Part shown: piece by piece, positions 15,646 to 29,745 of the stretch
How positions within the stretch are numbered: the stretch's first letter is position 1
How the letters are laid out: the number at the start of each line of letters is the position of its first letter
NCBI GenBank assembly: GCA_964016885.1
Contig: OZ024749.1
Coordinates: 5,952,001-6,016,000 of the forward strand
DNA: 64,000 nucleotides
Direction: 5' to 3'
From: Eledone cirrhosa
Lineage: Eukaryota
Translations under genes and position numbers: made by a program
Notes under the pieces: model-generated
What the model saw: the letters and a program-made list of their open reading frames with translations, nothing else
The model's database searches: none
Told to the model about the DNA's origin: nothing

Positions 15646-15934
15646 TTAATGTCTGATTTGCATTGTGGTAGCCTTCTGATAATACAGCATTTTATAAATA
15701 ATCCATACAGTACATAATCTATACAATGAGTCTGACTATAAAACATACAGAATCAATCACATGGTGAAGTATTCACTAAATAACACGAACTATTACAGCT
15801 CAATATTGCATTTACTCTGCACCAATTAAGGGCAAACTGCAACCCATGGGCCACGTACAGCTCATTTTTCTTTGAGAATGGCATGCCTGATTTCAAAATT
15901 ACCATGAAGTGTTTTAGGAGTGCATCCTCCTTAA

Positions 15935-16156
15935 CACTTTAGCATTTAAACCGGCCATATCCAGCCAGAATTCTCTCACCTCTTTCTGTTCAAACCAGGT
16001 CATAAATTGTCATTCATACTGATGTTAAGGTATTGTTTTCAAAATAAATAATATCAAAATCTCATAGATTTGATGTTATGTGAAATAATATGTGTGATAA
16101 AGCCTTTACCATGAAAATGTATTAGTAAATATATAGAGTAATATAATGCTAAAGGG
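15935..16156. mobile_element. piggyBac-type MITE, ~220 bp, uninterrupted
   Basis: TTAA flanks; same TIR and internal sequence as 14805 and 56264. Confidence 0.85.
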
Positions 16157-16235
16157 TTAATTATGAGCTACATACCATCCAGCCCTTACTCAAAAATAGT
16201 TGTCCACACCTGCTCTATACTCAAGACAGCATAAC

Positions 16236-16429
16236 AAAATTGTTTCTACTTTTGGCTCAAGGCCAGCAATTACCCCAGTGCATTACTGGTGTTTCATTTT
16301 ATCGACCCCGTAAGGATGAAAGGCAAAGCAAACCTCAGCAGGATTTTAACTCAGAAAGTAAAGGGCCATAACTATGTGCTGCAAAGCATGGTGTTGGACA
16401 CTCTGCCGATGCTGACAATTCACCGCCCT
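16236..16429 (-). mobile_element. SINE family A
   Basis: Full-length match to family A. Confidence 0.85.
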
Positions 16430-16745
16430 AATATATACAGCATAAAATAATACATGAAACTAGGACACAAAAACACAAGAAATTCTTGTAGAGAAGGATT
16501 ATAATTAATTTCTATGAAGCCCACACCGCCTTCTTCGCTGCTCCAGGTCTTGAGAAAGTACTTAGCAAACTGAAAGCAAGTATTATACAAACTGGATCAA
16601 GTCTGCCAATTTCCTGTTGAATAATCTAATAATACACTGGTTGACCAATTATATTAACACAAAGTCTCTGTTGCAATTACATTTTCCACATTTCCATTGA
16701 TTTTCATAATGAGTTGCTGAAGCCACGTATATTTCCCAAGAGTTG

Positions 16746-16829
<84 letters not shown>

Positions 16830-17126
16830 AGTGTATGTATGCATGTATGTATGCATATATATGTATGTATATATATAAATATATATATATATACATATAT
16901 ATATATATGCATACATACATAAATAAATATACATACATACATAAACATACATATATATGCATACATACATACATATATATATATATATACACATACACAG
17001 ATATATATATATATATACATACATATATATATATGCATACATACATAAATAAATATACATACATACATACATAAACATACATATATATGCATACATACAT
17101 ACATATATATATACACACACACACAC

Positions 17127-17164
<38 letters not shown>

Positions 17165-17166
<2 letters not shown>

Positions 17167-17429
17167 GGTGTTGGATGCTTAAAGCGTCTGTATGCGGTAG
17201 GCCGTATGAGCACTGGATGTCCTCATAGAGCAGAGTATGATATCACAGAAAAAAAGAGAATCAGTATTGCGACGAATGGAATTTATTAGACATATTACAA
17301 TCGTTTCTCTGGCGACCAGCTCCAGGCACGATCATCACATCGATCGTGCCTGGAGCTGGTCGCCAGAGAAACGATTGTAATATGTCCAATAAATTCCATT
17401 CGTCGCAATACTGATTCTCTTTTTTTCTG

Positions 17430-17430
<1 letters not shown>
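17165..17430. mobile_element. Penelope-like fragment with 89-bp foldback (17245-17333/17342-17430)
   Basis: Near-perfect inverted arms; homologous to ~49450-49615; carries the GAAACGATTGTA 3' half of an HHR. Confidence 0.65.
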
Positions 17431-17470
<40 letters not shown>

Positions 17471-17653
17471 TATTGAAGTTTGCTTGAAGCATTGTGGAAC
17501 AAGAAGTAAATATCTTTAAGTCGTTTGAAAGCCTTATACACACCACGCATCTCAACGTACACCCACTTACATCTCTCTCTCCACCACCGGACCTTGTTAC
17601 CCGGAGATTTACCCATTTGCATTGTCGAGTCTTCCAAACGACTTAAAGATATC

Positions 17654-17703
<50 letters not shown>

Positions 17704-17815
17704 TCCAGTTCCTCGTAGGACTAACAACACACCCAGGAGCTGGACATATCGATGTATTGACAGAGTGAAACACACTTCAACAACATGTGTACCTGTCTTT
17801 TGCACACCAATTCGA

Positions 17816-17870
17816 ACTTCCTGAAGAGGTCACAGCCAATGATGGCTGTCACCGACATATATATAGCAGT
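17816..17870 (+). ncRNA. Hammerhead motif, GAAA mutated to GACA
   Basis: CTGAAGA, stem II GGTcACAGCCA/TGGCTGTcACC, palindromic stem III ATATATAT, stem I ACTTC/GCAGT. Confidence 0.65.
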
Positions 17871-17930
17871 AATTTTTAATTCATAATAAACGAAGCCAAA
17901 TTTTACATATTTGACTTAATTATTTCATTT

Positions 17931-18026
<96 letters not shown>

Positions 18027-18028
<2 letters not shown>

Positions 18029-18487
18029 GGTAAAAGTAACTGCAAAGAAAGAACTGCTACAGAAACTGGCTAAGAAATGGCAAGAAAAGCCTCTGTATGG
18101 AAAATACCCAGAGCGAGCTAACAATCCTGATGTTGACAAAACTTTAACCCATCAGTGGTTGGCATCCTCTGGACTGAAATCGGAGACTGAAGGACTGATT
18201 ATATCGGCACAAGATCAGTGTCTGCCAACAAAAAATTACCAAGCCAAAATAATAAAAAATGGGTGCAGCCCATTATGCCATGTATGCAAAAAACAACCAG
18301 AGACCATTGACCATATAATTTCAATGTGCAGTCCTATAGCTCCAACCGAATACCTAAACAGGCATGACAGAGCTGCACAATACATACATTGGATAATGTG
18401 TAAGCATTTTGACCTGCCCCATCAAAAGAATTGGTGGGAGCATCAACCACCTCCCATACTTGAAAAAGATCACATCTCAATCTGGTG
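18027..18487 (+). pseudogene. Dong/R4-clade non-LTR retrotransposon fragment (zinc-knuckle region before the RLE domain)
   Basis: Open frame WQEKPLYGKY...LKSETEGLIISAQDQ...CHVCKKQPETIDHIISMC...YLNRHD; abuts (TAA)n at ~17974-18026. Confidence 0.85.
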
Positions 18488-18746
18488 GAGGGTCTTGCTG
18501 CCAATACAAACACACATCACATAAAAACAAGATGGTGTAGGACAGAACAAAGGAGAGACACAAAATAGAACTGCCAGTCGTTTAAGAGGTCACAGAATGT
18601 GTGACGAAAGAGCTTTGACAATATATAAATGACCTTCTGGTTATCGAACCAGCCAAACAAACCAGCCAACTGGAAATTCATAATAAATTGAAGTGAAAAT
18701 CAACAGGTGTGTGTGATCTTATTGGCAGCATGACCCTCCCAAATTA

Positions 18747-18750
<4 letters not shown>
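18485..18750. mobile_element. Penelope-like fragment with short inverted ends and a decayed HHR
   Basis: TGGAGGGTCTTGCTGCCAATA vs TATTGGCAGCATGACCCTCCCA; GTCACA/TGTGAC-GAAA; same family as 49698-49941. Confidence 0.55.
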
Positions 18751-18802
<52 letters not shown>

Positions 18803-18803
<1 letters not shown>

Positions 18804-19582
18804 TAGCTGAATTATCCGCACCTTGGTGCGTCTTACACATTTTTTTTGTAAGAAAACGATGACTGATTTTAAATCAGTGATATAATTTATGGAGAAAAAC
18901 TCTGCATTTCAATATTACTCAATGTAAAATGAAAAATTGGAAAACATTATTTTTTGTAATATATCAAATCAAAATTACATTATTAAATCTTATTCTTATT
19001 TTGTTTCTTGTAAATAATGTTTTTCAAAATATAAATTCAAAACTTAATCATTTCCTTTTTGTGTAAAACATTATTTTCAAATTAGAAATTCAAAGTTTAA
19101 TTATTTATTTTTTAACATAATAAATACATGAAAATATATTTCATACTTTGTCCTAATGAAGAACTTCAGGGTAAACAAAATAAAAGAGAGGTGCTTTTTT
19201 TTTATGATTTACGTTTAATTAATAAAAAAAACCCATGATAATAGATGTTCCAATACTCAAGTTATGGGCTTCCAAAATTTTCACTATAGGGTGTTTAACC
19301 CCCATTAGGGTATCTTAATATTATTGGAATTTGCTGAAATTTTATGAATAGGCATCATATCTTGTCATTTACTTATGGTTTAAATTTCATATAAATCAAA
19401 GAGAAAATATTTTCAGTGGGGGTTTGTGCCCCCGGGGAACCCTTTGATTAAAATGAAATATACTTATCCAAGCACCCTGGGCAATGTAGTTTCAGAATAT
19501 ATATGGTTACAGAAACCATAGGAGAAGTTCCTGAACAAACTAACAAACAAACAGACAGGAACTACAATTTTATATATATAGA
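18803..19582 (-). mobile_element. Non-autonomous Helitron
   Basis: Minus strand: A|TC start, (GTTT/CTGT)n near the 5' end, hairpin CGCACC-AA-GGTGCG shortly before terminal CTAG|T. Confidence 0.8.
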
Positions 19583-19811
19583 TATATATGTGTGTATATA
19601 TACATATATCATGTAATTATTCATACAAATAAAGAGTTTATATATTTTTTAAATGGTACAAAAGTAAAAGAACCAAACATTCAATCATCACACCACAACA
19701 AATTGTGCTGAATTTTCTCTTGAATAAATTATGATGCCCGTCCACATAGTCACAGTATTTCTGGAATTGCCAAACACCTTTCCAAGCAAACTTGATATAG
19801 TTGTACACAGC

Positions 19812-20608
19812 TGGAAGCTCTTCCTAATGAGTGTGCTGGGTGTATTTAATCATGGAACCAGTACTAGAGAAGTTGTGAGCTTTTTGACAGAGTGAAGTGT
19901 CTTCTCAAATATGTTTAATATTTATAATACTGATTTTAGAGATCAGATATTTCACATCCGGCTTTCAAGTATGACAAAAATGTTATTGTCAGTGGTCCAG
20001 CTCACCCAAACTTCTCGAATGTCATAGACTCGAAAAAATAGGTTGCAGATAATTCCTGCTATTTAGTATATTTCTCCTTCAGCTACCGATGTAGTAAGTC
20101 TGGTATCTGCAACTGCATCCAAGATATGGAAAGGAGTAAATTAGTTGTTAACTATGACAGCCCAAACAAGACATTCACCTCTGACCCACATAAAAATAGT
20201 AAGACTGTCTGGCATCTTCCCATAAACCCTGGGTAATCTGCCTGGTTCCAGAAGTAGGGAATATTTAGATACAGCTTGGTATGACGAATTATGAATTATT
20301 TATTGAAAAATATTCATTTGAAACTAACCTCTTCAATAAATATTACACAAATTGACCTACCAAGCTGACTATTTCACGAGTAACTCTACATAAATAGAGC
20401 AACTAGTATGGTTTTAATATAGCAATATATATTTGAATGCCGGATGTGAAATATCTCATCAGTAAAATCAGTATTATAAATTATTTAACAAATTTAAAAT
20501 TACACTTCACTCTGTCAACAAGATGACAACTTCTCCTCTAGCACTGGTGTTACAATTAAATACACACAGTACATTTTGTAAAGTGATTGGCATTAAGAAG
20601 AGCTTCTA
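19812..20608. repeat. Old diverged inverted repeat, ~160-bp arms
   Basis: ~19812-19972 is the reverse complement of ~20428-20608 (e.g. GATATTTCACATCCGGC / GCCGGATGTGAAATATC). Confidence 0.75.
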
Positions 20609-20794
20609 TTTGTAGAAACTATGCACAAAATACGACGTAAGCTTGTGATCGAGATGTGGTCATTGACCTGTTTTGAAGGGCAGCATCTCTGACTAATTAT
20701 CAAGTTTATAACAATCTGTCCAAACCCAAGTTAGTATAGAAAATGGATATGGTAAACTCTCTAAATATTAGTCACTCTCTGACAGGATTGCAGT

Positions 20795-20963
20795 CGAATC
20801 TCTAACAGTGGAGACTTCTGGTGTCTTTGGCCCTAAGGCCACCTCCCTATGCACCACCATAGGCACTGAGCTAGCTAGCCGCAGGTGTGAGTCTCGCAAG
20901 CTGGAATGACTCTTTCAGTGCATGTCCCTCACCATCCTGCGGGGAAACGCCCTCTCTATTCTG
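20795..20963 (+). pseudogene. CRE-like RLE non-LTR retrotransposon C-terminal fragment
   Basis: LTVETSGVFGPKATSLCTTIG...LFQCMSLTILRGNALSIL resembles the ET.G..G...QR.S..IQRGNA RLE end. Confidence 0.7.
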
Positions 20964-21029
20964 TCCGCCAGGACCGTGGGGCGGCCAGAGCATGGGACCC
21001 TATTTGCTGGTAATAATGAGAGATGAGAG

Positions 21030-21420
21030 GGAGAAAGAGACGGAGCCGATGATAGTGGGAGTTTGGCTCCTCTGTGTTCGGACGTGGTGTACATGTGTGT
21101 GATGGGGAGGGCAAGAGAGGTGGAGCTGATGATAGTGGGAGTTCACCTCCTCTGAGTTCGGACCTGGTGTACATGTGTGTGATGGGGAGGGTGACAGAGC
21201 TGGGGGCGATGATAGTGGCAATTTGGCTCCTCTGTGTTCGGACCTGGTGTACATGTATGTGATGGGGAGGGTGACAGAGCTGGGGGCGATGATAGTGGCA
21301 ATTTGGCTCCTCTGTGTTCGGACCTGGTGTACATGTATGTGATGGGAGGGCAAGAACGGTGGAGCTGATGATAGTGGGAGTCCATCTCCTCTGAGTTCGG
21401 ACCTGGTGTACATGTGTGTG
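21030..21420. repeat. 80-bp GC-rich minisatellite, 5 copies
   Basis: GATGATAGTGG at 21048, 21128, 21208, 21288, 21367. Confidence 0.92.
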
Positions 21421-21990
21421 TATTTTTACACTATCGACCACTAATGGAATAAACAGACTAAGTTTCACACATCACCTAAATGGTGATGATGATTTGTGAA
21501 CAAGTCAAATCTCTATTTCACATATGACTTTTATGATGTACTATATATTTTGAATTGAGGTTTTGTAGGTTCAATAGATGAGTCAAATGCTGCTTTTTCA
21601 TGTATATTTGTTGCAAAAGGTGTGACTAATACATGAATATATATGGTATTTCTACAACACATGTTTGCAATAAAGTCAGCTGATTCACTTACGGTCTGTA
21701 ATCGTTCATATCTATCAATAGATGATAAAGCAGTATTAGTGGTCTTTTGTGATAGCACTTTGGCTATTGTATTCTCAATGATATACACAAGCAAATCTCA
21801 ACAGAATCTAAGTAAATCAAACATAATGGCAATAAATATTTATGCCTAACACATTTTATAGGAGAAAATCTCTCATAAATTTAATGTAAGTATAATTACA
21901 GTTTTTAAATTATAATTCTATCATTATTATTAGTTTAATATGCACAAACACTAACACACTCTCTCACACACACAAATATATACACACACG

Positions 21991-22038
<48 letters not shown>

Positions 22039-22058
22039 ATAAAAGTAGTTAAGACAGG

Positions 22059-22108
<50 letters not shown>

Positions 22109-22114
22109 AACACA

Positions 22115-22370
22115 TCATCATCGTCGATTAACGTCTATATTCCATGCTAGCATGAGTTAGACGGGTTTGTCCCATTTAGAGGCAAGTTGGGTTAGGTGAC
22201 CATGTCTCGCTCATATAGGAGAGTTTCTGGCTAGTTTTCTACAGCTGGATGCCCTTCCTAACACTAACCATATTGAGTAGTGTGTACTGGGTGCTTTTTG
22301 CCGTGTCTTTTACACGTCCACTTTACAGTGTGGGCTGGATGTTTTTTTACAGTGTGGACTGGGCACCTTT
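22115..22370 (-). mobile_element. RTE-type 3' UTR/tail fragment with 48-bp modules
   Basis: CATGCTAGCATG...CAGCTGGATGCCCTTCCTAACAC... Confidence 0.75.
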
Positions 22371-22500
22371 GTTGTGTCATCAACACAACACATTGGGGAG
22401 AGTGGAGGGGCTTGGGGGGAAAATGGGGACAGGGTAATATATATATGTGGACAGGGAAAAAGCGGACGTAAAATGAAATGATAATGATGAGGATGATACA

Positions 22501-22800
22501 TGAAGGCATGTATCTTAGTGGTTAGGGTATTGGACTCCTGTACTGTGCTATGCAAGACAGTTTATTTTCATTTTGTTTCAGTTCACTGAGCTAAAGAAAG
22601 GAGCTGGTACATCACTGGTGCCAAGCTGTATTGGCCTTTGTCTTTTACTTGGACAACATCAATGGCATGGAGAGGGGAGATTGGTATACATCGGCACCAG
22701 CTGGTCTCCTACAAAAACACCTTGGCCAGGCTTGTGCCTCAGAGGGGAACTTTCCGCGCAAATACCATGGTAATTCATTAGTGTACAGCCTTTTACACTT
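22501..22800 (+). mobile_element. Diverged tRNA-headed SINE with a different tail
   Basis: Head GAAGGCATGTATCTTAGTGGTTAGGGTATTGGACTC similar to family B. Confidence 0.55.
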
Positions 22801-22849
22801 ATATATATATATATATATATAAGACGCCCAACTGAATATGCATGTGTTT

Positions 22850-23052
22850 TTTTTCCTTCCTAATATTTTCCCCGTTCCTTCCTCTCATCACTCTTTACTT
22901 TCTATTTATCTTCTATTTCTAACTCAATCTTCTCAGGAAAGACTAGTGACTGAAATGTTAACACTATCTTCCTGCTATTTCAAGCATTAAACAAATATAT
23001 TTATTTCATGTACTATGCAATTTGTTTTGTTATTTCTGTTTACCTTTTACAT
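22850..23052 (+). mobile_element. Diverged copy of the ~220-bp HHR element family
   Basis: AAGACTAGTGACTGAAATGTTAAC...TCAAGCATTAA...TTCTGTTTACCTTTTACAT. Confidence 0.6.
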
Positions 23053-23075
23053 ACACACACATACATGTATGTGAG

Positions 23076-23126
<51 letters not shown>

Positions 23127-23189
23127 GGATACTATTTATGGTTATGTATATATTAAAACTTTTTATAGTTATGTATATTTTAAACCCTA

Positions 23190-23857
<668 letters not shown>

Positions 23858-23944
23858 AAACTTGGGGAGGGACATATTGTTATAATATTGCCAGAAATGA
23901 TAATAAAACACACTCACTGTTTGGTTTGGATTGGTTTTCGCTTC

Positions 23945-24113
23945 TGTATCTTTTATATCTCCATAGTTAATTTGGCAATCAATGTTTATCATTGATTGAC
24001 CAACGGTTAAAGATACGGATATAAATATATATAAATATGTATTTTTAACCATTGGTAAATCAATGATAAACTTAGATTGCCAGATAAATTAACTATGGAG
24101 ATATAAAATATAC
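23945..24113. repeat. Imperfect foldback, ~75-bp arms
   Basis: TTTTATATCTCCATAGTTAATTT... / ...AAATTAACTATGGAGATATAAAA. Confidence 0.8.
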
Positions 24114-24332
24114 AGATGTCAACATGAATGGACCTGTTATTTTTATCTAAAGACATTTTTTCCACTTCCACCCCGCCAGTCCCCTCAATCTATCTTATTT
24201 CTCATTCTTTCTTCTGATGAAGGACTAGCATCTGAAACGTTAAGACCCTCTTCCTGCTATATCAAGCGTTAACCTAATATATCCCTTCCATATACTGTAC
24301 CGATTGTGTTGTTAATTCTGTTTACCTTTTAC
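24113..24332 (+). mobile_element. ~220-bp HHR-bearing element (HHR 24210-24245)
   Basis: TCTT-CTGATGA-AGGAC TAGC ATCT-GAAA-CG-TT-AAGA; copies at 32192, 59526, 62170, 22850. Confidence 0.8.
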
Positions 24333-24363
<31 letters not shown>

Positions 24364-24388
24364 CACACACAAATGTTTATATATATAT

Positions 24389-24429
<41 letters not shown>

Positions 24430-24523
24430 CACACACAAATGTTTATATATATATGTTTATATATATATATATATATATATACATATATATACATACACAC
24501 ACAACTGTTTATATATATATGTT

Positions 24524-24557
<34 letters not shown>

Positions 24558-24577
24558 TGTTTATATATATATATGTT

Positions 24578-24610
<33 letters not shown>

Positions 24611-24639
24611 GCACACAAACGTTTATATATATATATGTT

Positions 24640-24678
<39 letters not shown>

Positions 24679-24702
24679 GCACACAAACGTTTATATATAT
24701 AT

Positions 24703-24759
<57 letters not shown>

Positions 24760-24765
<6 letters not shown>

Positions 24766-24981
24766 TAAAAGGAATTCCAACTTCGTGTGATTTACTCGTT
24801 TTATTTACAATCCTATAAAATTATAATGATATTATAATGAAATAGTATGGTAGAATATTAAATGTTAAGTGTTAAGATTTAATATTCTACCATTTTATTT
24901 CATTATAATATCATTATAATTGTAAAGGATTGTAAATAAAACGAGTAAATCGGACAAAGTTGGAATTCCTTTTATTAATAT
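24760..24981. repeat. Foldback, ~105-bp arms with a tiny loop
   Basis: TATTAATAAAAGGAATTCCAACTT... / ...AAGTTGGAATTCCTTTTATTAATA. Confidence 0.9.
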
Positions 24982-25004
24982 AATCTTCTATACACAATCA
25001 TACA

Positions 25005-25050
<46 letters not shown>

Positions 25051-25057
25051 ATATGTA

Positions 25058-25280
25058 TGAGGCGCGTGGCTGAGTGGTTAGAAAATTGGATTCACAATCG
25101 TGAGGTTGTGAGTTCGATTCCCGGACCAGGTGATGCGTTATGTCCTTGAGCAAGACACTTTATTTCACGGGGCTCCTTCTACCTGGAGTTGCGACCGATA
25201 GAGAGTATTGGCAATTGGAAAGACCAATGGAAACATCGTTTCCTCGGTCCGATTTGACAAAAAAAGTCGATCGATTGTCG
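25058..25280 (+). mobile_element. tRNA-derived SINE family C (B-type head, distinct tail)
   Basis: GGCGCGTGGCTGAGTGG A-box, GAGTTCGATTCC B-box; second copy at 31878-32100. Confidence 0.85.
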
Positions 25281-25367
25281 ATATATATATATATAAATTA
25301 TAAATCTACGTACCTTTACAATTGTTCTGTAGAATATCAGGTTAATTATATGTCTAAACTTTGCTAA

Positions 25368-25414
25368 TGCTCCGATGATCCCAAACAAAAGTTTGGAAGA
25401 AACGATTGTCAGCA
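25368..25414 (+). ncRNA. Hammerhead motif with CCGATGA core
   Basis: Stem I TGCT/AGCA, stem II CCAAAC/GTTTGG, GAAA, stem III ACGATTGT, GUC; downstream sequence homologous to 23190-23340. Confidence 0.75.
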
Positions 25415-25598
25415 ATAAAATGTTTTGAACATAGTTTTGATTATTCTGTAATTTATATTCTGGCTCTGCAAAACATCTGATGTATTTACATTGAGCTATT
25501 TTTCTTACTGGTAATAAGGTGGTAATGAATTACTGACCTTTCCTGTTTATAATTATAGATAGTGTATATATAAGTATAAATAATATTATTATTATTAT

Positions 25599-25650
<52 letters not shown>

Positions 25651-25895
25651 ATAATAATAATAATATTATTTATACTTATATATACTCTATATACACATAT
25701 AAACTTATATATACTCTATATATATAAACAGATTAATAGAAAAATACTTTAAGGTACGTTTGTTGATATTCATTAATTCATTTATTAAATGCTGGTATTA
25801 TCCATAAATGAAGCTGGTCTCAGGGATCAACTTAGGGATCAACTTAGGGATCTAGCCGGATCAATCGGAGATGGTTTTTTCTGTGTCTACCACAA

Positions 25896-26082
25896 AGAAG
25901 AAGAAGAAGAAGAAGAAGAAGAAGAAGAAGAAGAAGAAGAAGAAGAAGAAGAAGAAGAAGAAGAAGAAGAAGAAGAAGAAGAAGAAGAAGAAGAAGAAGA
26001 AGAAGAAGAAGAAGAAGAAGAAGAAGAAGAAGAAGAAGAAGAAGAAGAAGAAGAAGAAGAAGAAGAAGAAGAAGAAGAAGAA
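25896..26082. repeat. Perfect (GAA)n, ~62 units
   Basis: Direct reading. Confidence 0.98.
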
Positions 26083-26344
26083 AAAGTCGGTGTTAGACCA
26101 GACAATGGATTAAGTCAACCATTCAAAACTAAATTTACCCCTCAAGATTAAGTATACCATCCAAAAATCAAGTCTACCACCCAAGATTAAATCTGCCACC
26201 CAAGGTTAGTTCTACAACCAAAGATTAACATACCATCCAGAACTAAGTCTACCACCCGAGGTCAAGTCTGTCATCCAGAGTTAAATCTAACCCCACCCTC
26301 AAAAACTAGTAAGGGGTCTGTCAAGAATTAACTAAATGTTTTTC

Positions 26345-27825
26345 ATAGGATACCCTTCCTAATGCCAACCACATTTACAGTGTGTTCTGGGTGCTTTCTG
26401 ACGTGACACCTACATGACCACTTTGCAGTGTGGGCTGGGTGCTTTTTTGTCATGTTGCCACCACAACCGCTTTACAGTGTGAGCTTGGAGCTTTTTGTCA
26501 TGTTTTCATAGTGAACACTTTACAGTGTGTGCTGGGTGAATGTTGTCATGTTGTCATCACGACCACTTTACAGTGGGTGCTGGGAGCTTTTTGTCATGTC
26601 GCTATCGTGAACACTTTATAGTGGGTGCTGGGAGCTTTTTGTCATGTCGCTATCGTGAACACTTTGCAGTGGGTGCTGGGTGAATGTTGTCATGTTGTCA
26701 TCACGACCACTTTACAGTGGGTGCTGGGAGCTTTTTGTCATGTCGCTATCGTGAACACTTTATAGTGGGTGCTGGGAGCTTTTTGTCATGTCGCTATCGT
26801 GAACACTTTGCAGTGGGTGCTGGGTGAATGTTGTCATGTTGTCATCACGACCACTTTACAGTGGGTGCTGGGAGCTTTTTGTCATGTCGCTATCGTGAAC
26901 ACTTTATAGTGGGTGCTGGGAGCTTTTTGTCATGTCGCTATCGTGAACACTTTATAGTGGGTGCTGGGAGCTTTTTGTCATGTTGCCATCGCGAACACTT
27001 TATAGTGGGTGCTGGGAGCTTTTTGTCATGTTGCCATCGTGAACACTTTATAGTGGGTGCTGGGAGCTTTTTGTCATGTCGCTATCGTGAACACTTTACA
27101 GTGGGTGCTGGGAGCTTTTTGTCATGTCGCTATCGTGAACACTTTATAGTGGGTGCTGGGAGCTTTTTGTCATGTCGCTATCGTGAACACTTTATAGTGG
27201 GTGCTGGGAGCTTTTTGTCATGTTGCCATCGTGAACACTTTATAGTGGGTGCTGGGAGCTTTTTGTCATGTCGCTATCGTGAACACTTTACAGTGGGTGC
27301 TGGGAGCTTTTTGTCATGTCGCTATCGTGAACACTTTATAGTGGGTGCTGGGAGCTTTTTGTCATGTCGCTATCGTGAACACTTTATAGTGGGTGCTGGG
27401 AGCTTTTTGTCATGTCGCTATCGTGAACACTTTATAGTGGGTGCTGGGAGCTTTTTGTCATGTCGCTATCGTGAACACTTTATAGTGGGTGCTGGGAGCT
27501 TTTTGTCATGTCCCTATCGTGAACACTTTGCAGTGGGTGCTGGGAGCTTTTTGTCATGTCCCTATCGTGAACACTTTGCAGTGGGTGCTGGGAGCTTTTT
27601 GTCATGTCCCTATCGTGAACACTTTGCAGTGGGTGCTGGGAGCTTTTTGTCATGTCCCTATCGTGAACACTTTGCAGTGGGTGCTGGGAGCTTTTTGTCA
27701 TGTCCCTATCGTGAACACTTTATAGTGGGTGCTGGGAGCTTTTTGTCATGTCGCTATCGTGAACACTTTATAGTGGGTGCTGGGAGCTTTTTGTCATGTT
27801 GCCATCGTGAACACGTTACAATGTG
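26345..27825. repeat. 48-bp minisatellite (~30 copies) derived from the RTE/SINE 3' module
   Basis: Starts with GGATACCCTTCCTAATGCCAACC; unit GTCATGTCGCTATCGTGAACACTTTATAGTGGGTGCTGGGAGCTTTTT. Confidence 0.95.
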
Positions 27826-28647
27826 AGATGTAGGCTTCACTGGATGTATGCTACACCCTGTCCTTATATATATAATAAATATACAGCCAATGATTTCCAC
27901 ATAATTTTGAAAAATAATAAATTATTTAGGAAGGATTTGGTAATGCAACTTTCTCATTTTAAAATTGAAGGAGGTAGGTACAAGTGGAGATGAAGATAGA
28001 AATGGCTGAAGATGAGACAAGAAGAAATGAAAGCTTCAGTGTTGGTGAAAGGGAATGGAAATTATAGGAAAAATAGAGAAGCTTTTCATGTGGTTGAAAC
28101 AAGGAAAAATAAAGAAGATTTTCATATGGTTGAAACAGGGAAAAATATATTTAAAATATTTGAAAACATTTGTTGCTGTATCATAGCTTAAGAAAGGTTT
28201 TTGCATAAACATTTTGATGGAAGGTTTTAAGATAATATAAACAGCTTAAAACAAATAAGGTCTGTATCGTAGAAACAGGGGCAATTTCAGTCAGTTTAGT
28301 TTCAAAAGAGTTAACTCAAATGTAAAAGCACAGAAGATTCCAATGATTTCACAGAAATATGTTCACAGCCACCTTCTAACAACTATTAAAATGGAAAACA
28401 GTTACTTTTTTAAAAATAATTATTCAGTCACATATTTTCATTGAAATGTCTCTTTTCAAAATATTCACGGAAGAATCAACTTTCGTGAATATTTTGCTCA
28501 TACACACACACACAAACATACACACACAAAAAGGAAAAAAATCTGTTCCCCGAGCGAAAACAGATCTGTAAGGTTTCTCAGAATAATATCAAATCTACAA
28601 CAATATTTTAACAATAGTTCTCAAGCTTTTATCAAGATAATTTTATA

Positions 28648-28678
<31 letters not shown>

Positions 28679-28915
28679 TATTATTATTATTAGTACTCTT
28701 AATATTATTAAATTCATATATTTTATATATTTCAATTTTCTGTTATCAACATTAATACGAATTGATCGTTTGTACTCTTCACCATAGTGAAAACATAACG
28801 ATATATATATATATATATAATTTAAAAAAATACTAACAAATATATAATAAATAATGAAAGCAACAAAAAGAAATGACAAAATAAATTTCTTGATTAGTTA
28901 TTTCAGAAGAAAAGG

Positions 28916-28961
<46 letters not shown>

Positions 28962-29443
28962 TAATAATAATAATAATAATAACAATAATAATAATAAAAA
29001 TAAATAATAAAAATAACAATAATAATAATAATGATGATAATGAAGATGATGATGATGATAAAAGAAATTAAAGATAAACAAAGAATGAAGCAAGTTCTTT
29101 CCAATTTAACAAATAGCTAAGAATTCACATTTAATTTATGTTTCTCTCGTAACTAAAATTCTGATAATCAGATCAAATTTTTTTTATCATTTAAAAAAAA
29201 AAATTTAATGCTTTTGGTTGTTTCCTTATTTTATTTTTTTGTTTTATTTATTTATTTATTATTTTTTTTTAATATAATTTTTCCTCATAGTCCAACCATT
29301 CTATTCTATATTACCATTTTCTGCACTGGGAAATATATGTGTCTGCAGATATATTACATATATGTTTATAAATTCTATAAATGTATATATACATCTATGT
29401 ATATATATATAGATATATATATAGATATAGATATGTACATATG

Positions 29444-29505
<62 letters not shown>

Positions 29506-29709
29506 AAATACACATATTTCTTAATATATATCGATATATACATTATATATATATATATATATATATACATATTTATTTATTAACATATAAATATGTATTC
29601 ATATATATATATATGTATTTATATATATATGCATAAACACCGCACACACACACACATATATATATATATATAATATATACAATGCTCTTTTGCATGGATG
29701 CACAAAAGC

Positions 29710-29745
<36 letters not shown>

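Noticed and set aside
21531-21794. 87-aa ORF in unique sequence (also short ORFs near 12400-12580, 16490-16620, 60495-60842)
   Set aside because: No recognisable motif, and short enough to occur by chance
25789-26151. Poly-Glu/poly-Lys ORFs
   Set aside because: (GAA)n microsatellite
26828-27826. 332-aa repeat ORF or CRISPR-like array
   Set aside because: 48-bp minisatellite from a retroelement module; no unique spacers, no cas genes, eukaryotic context
28006-28040. CTGAAGA...GAAAGCTT hammerhead-like match (also 433, 5292, 21126, 43603)
   Set aside because: No credible stem II or stem I pairing, or no GAAA
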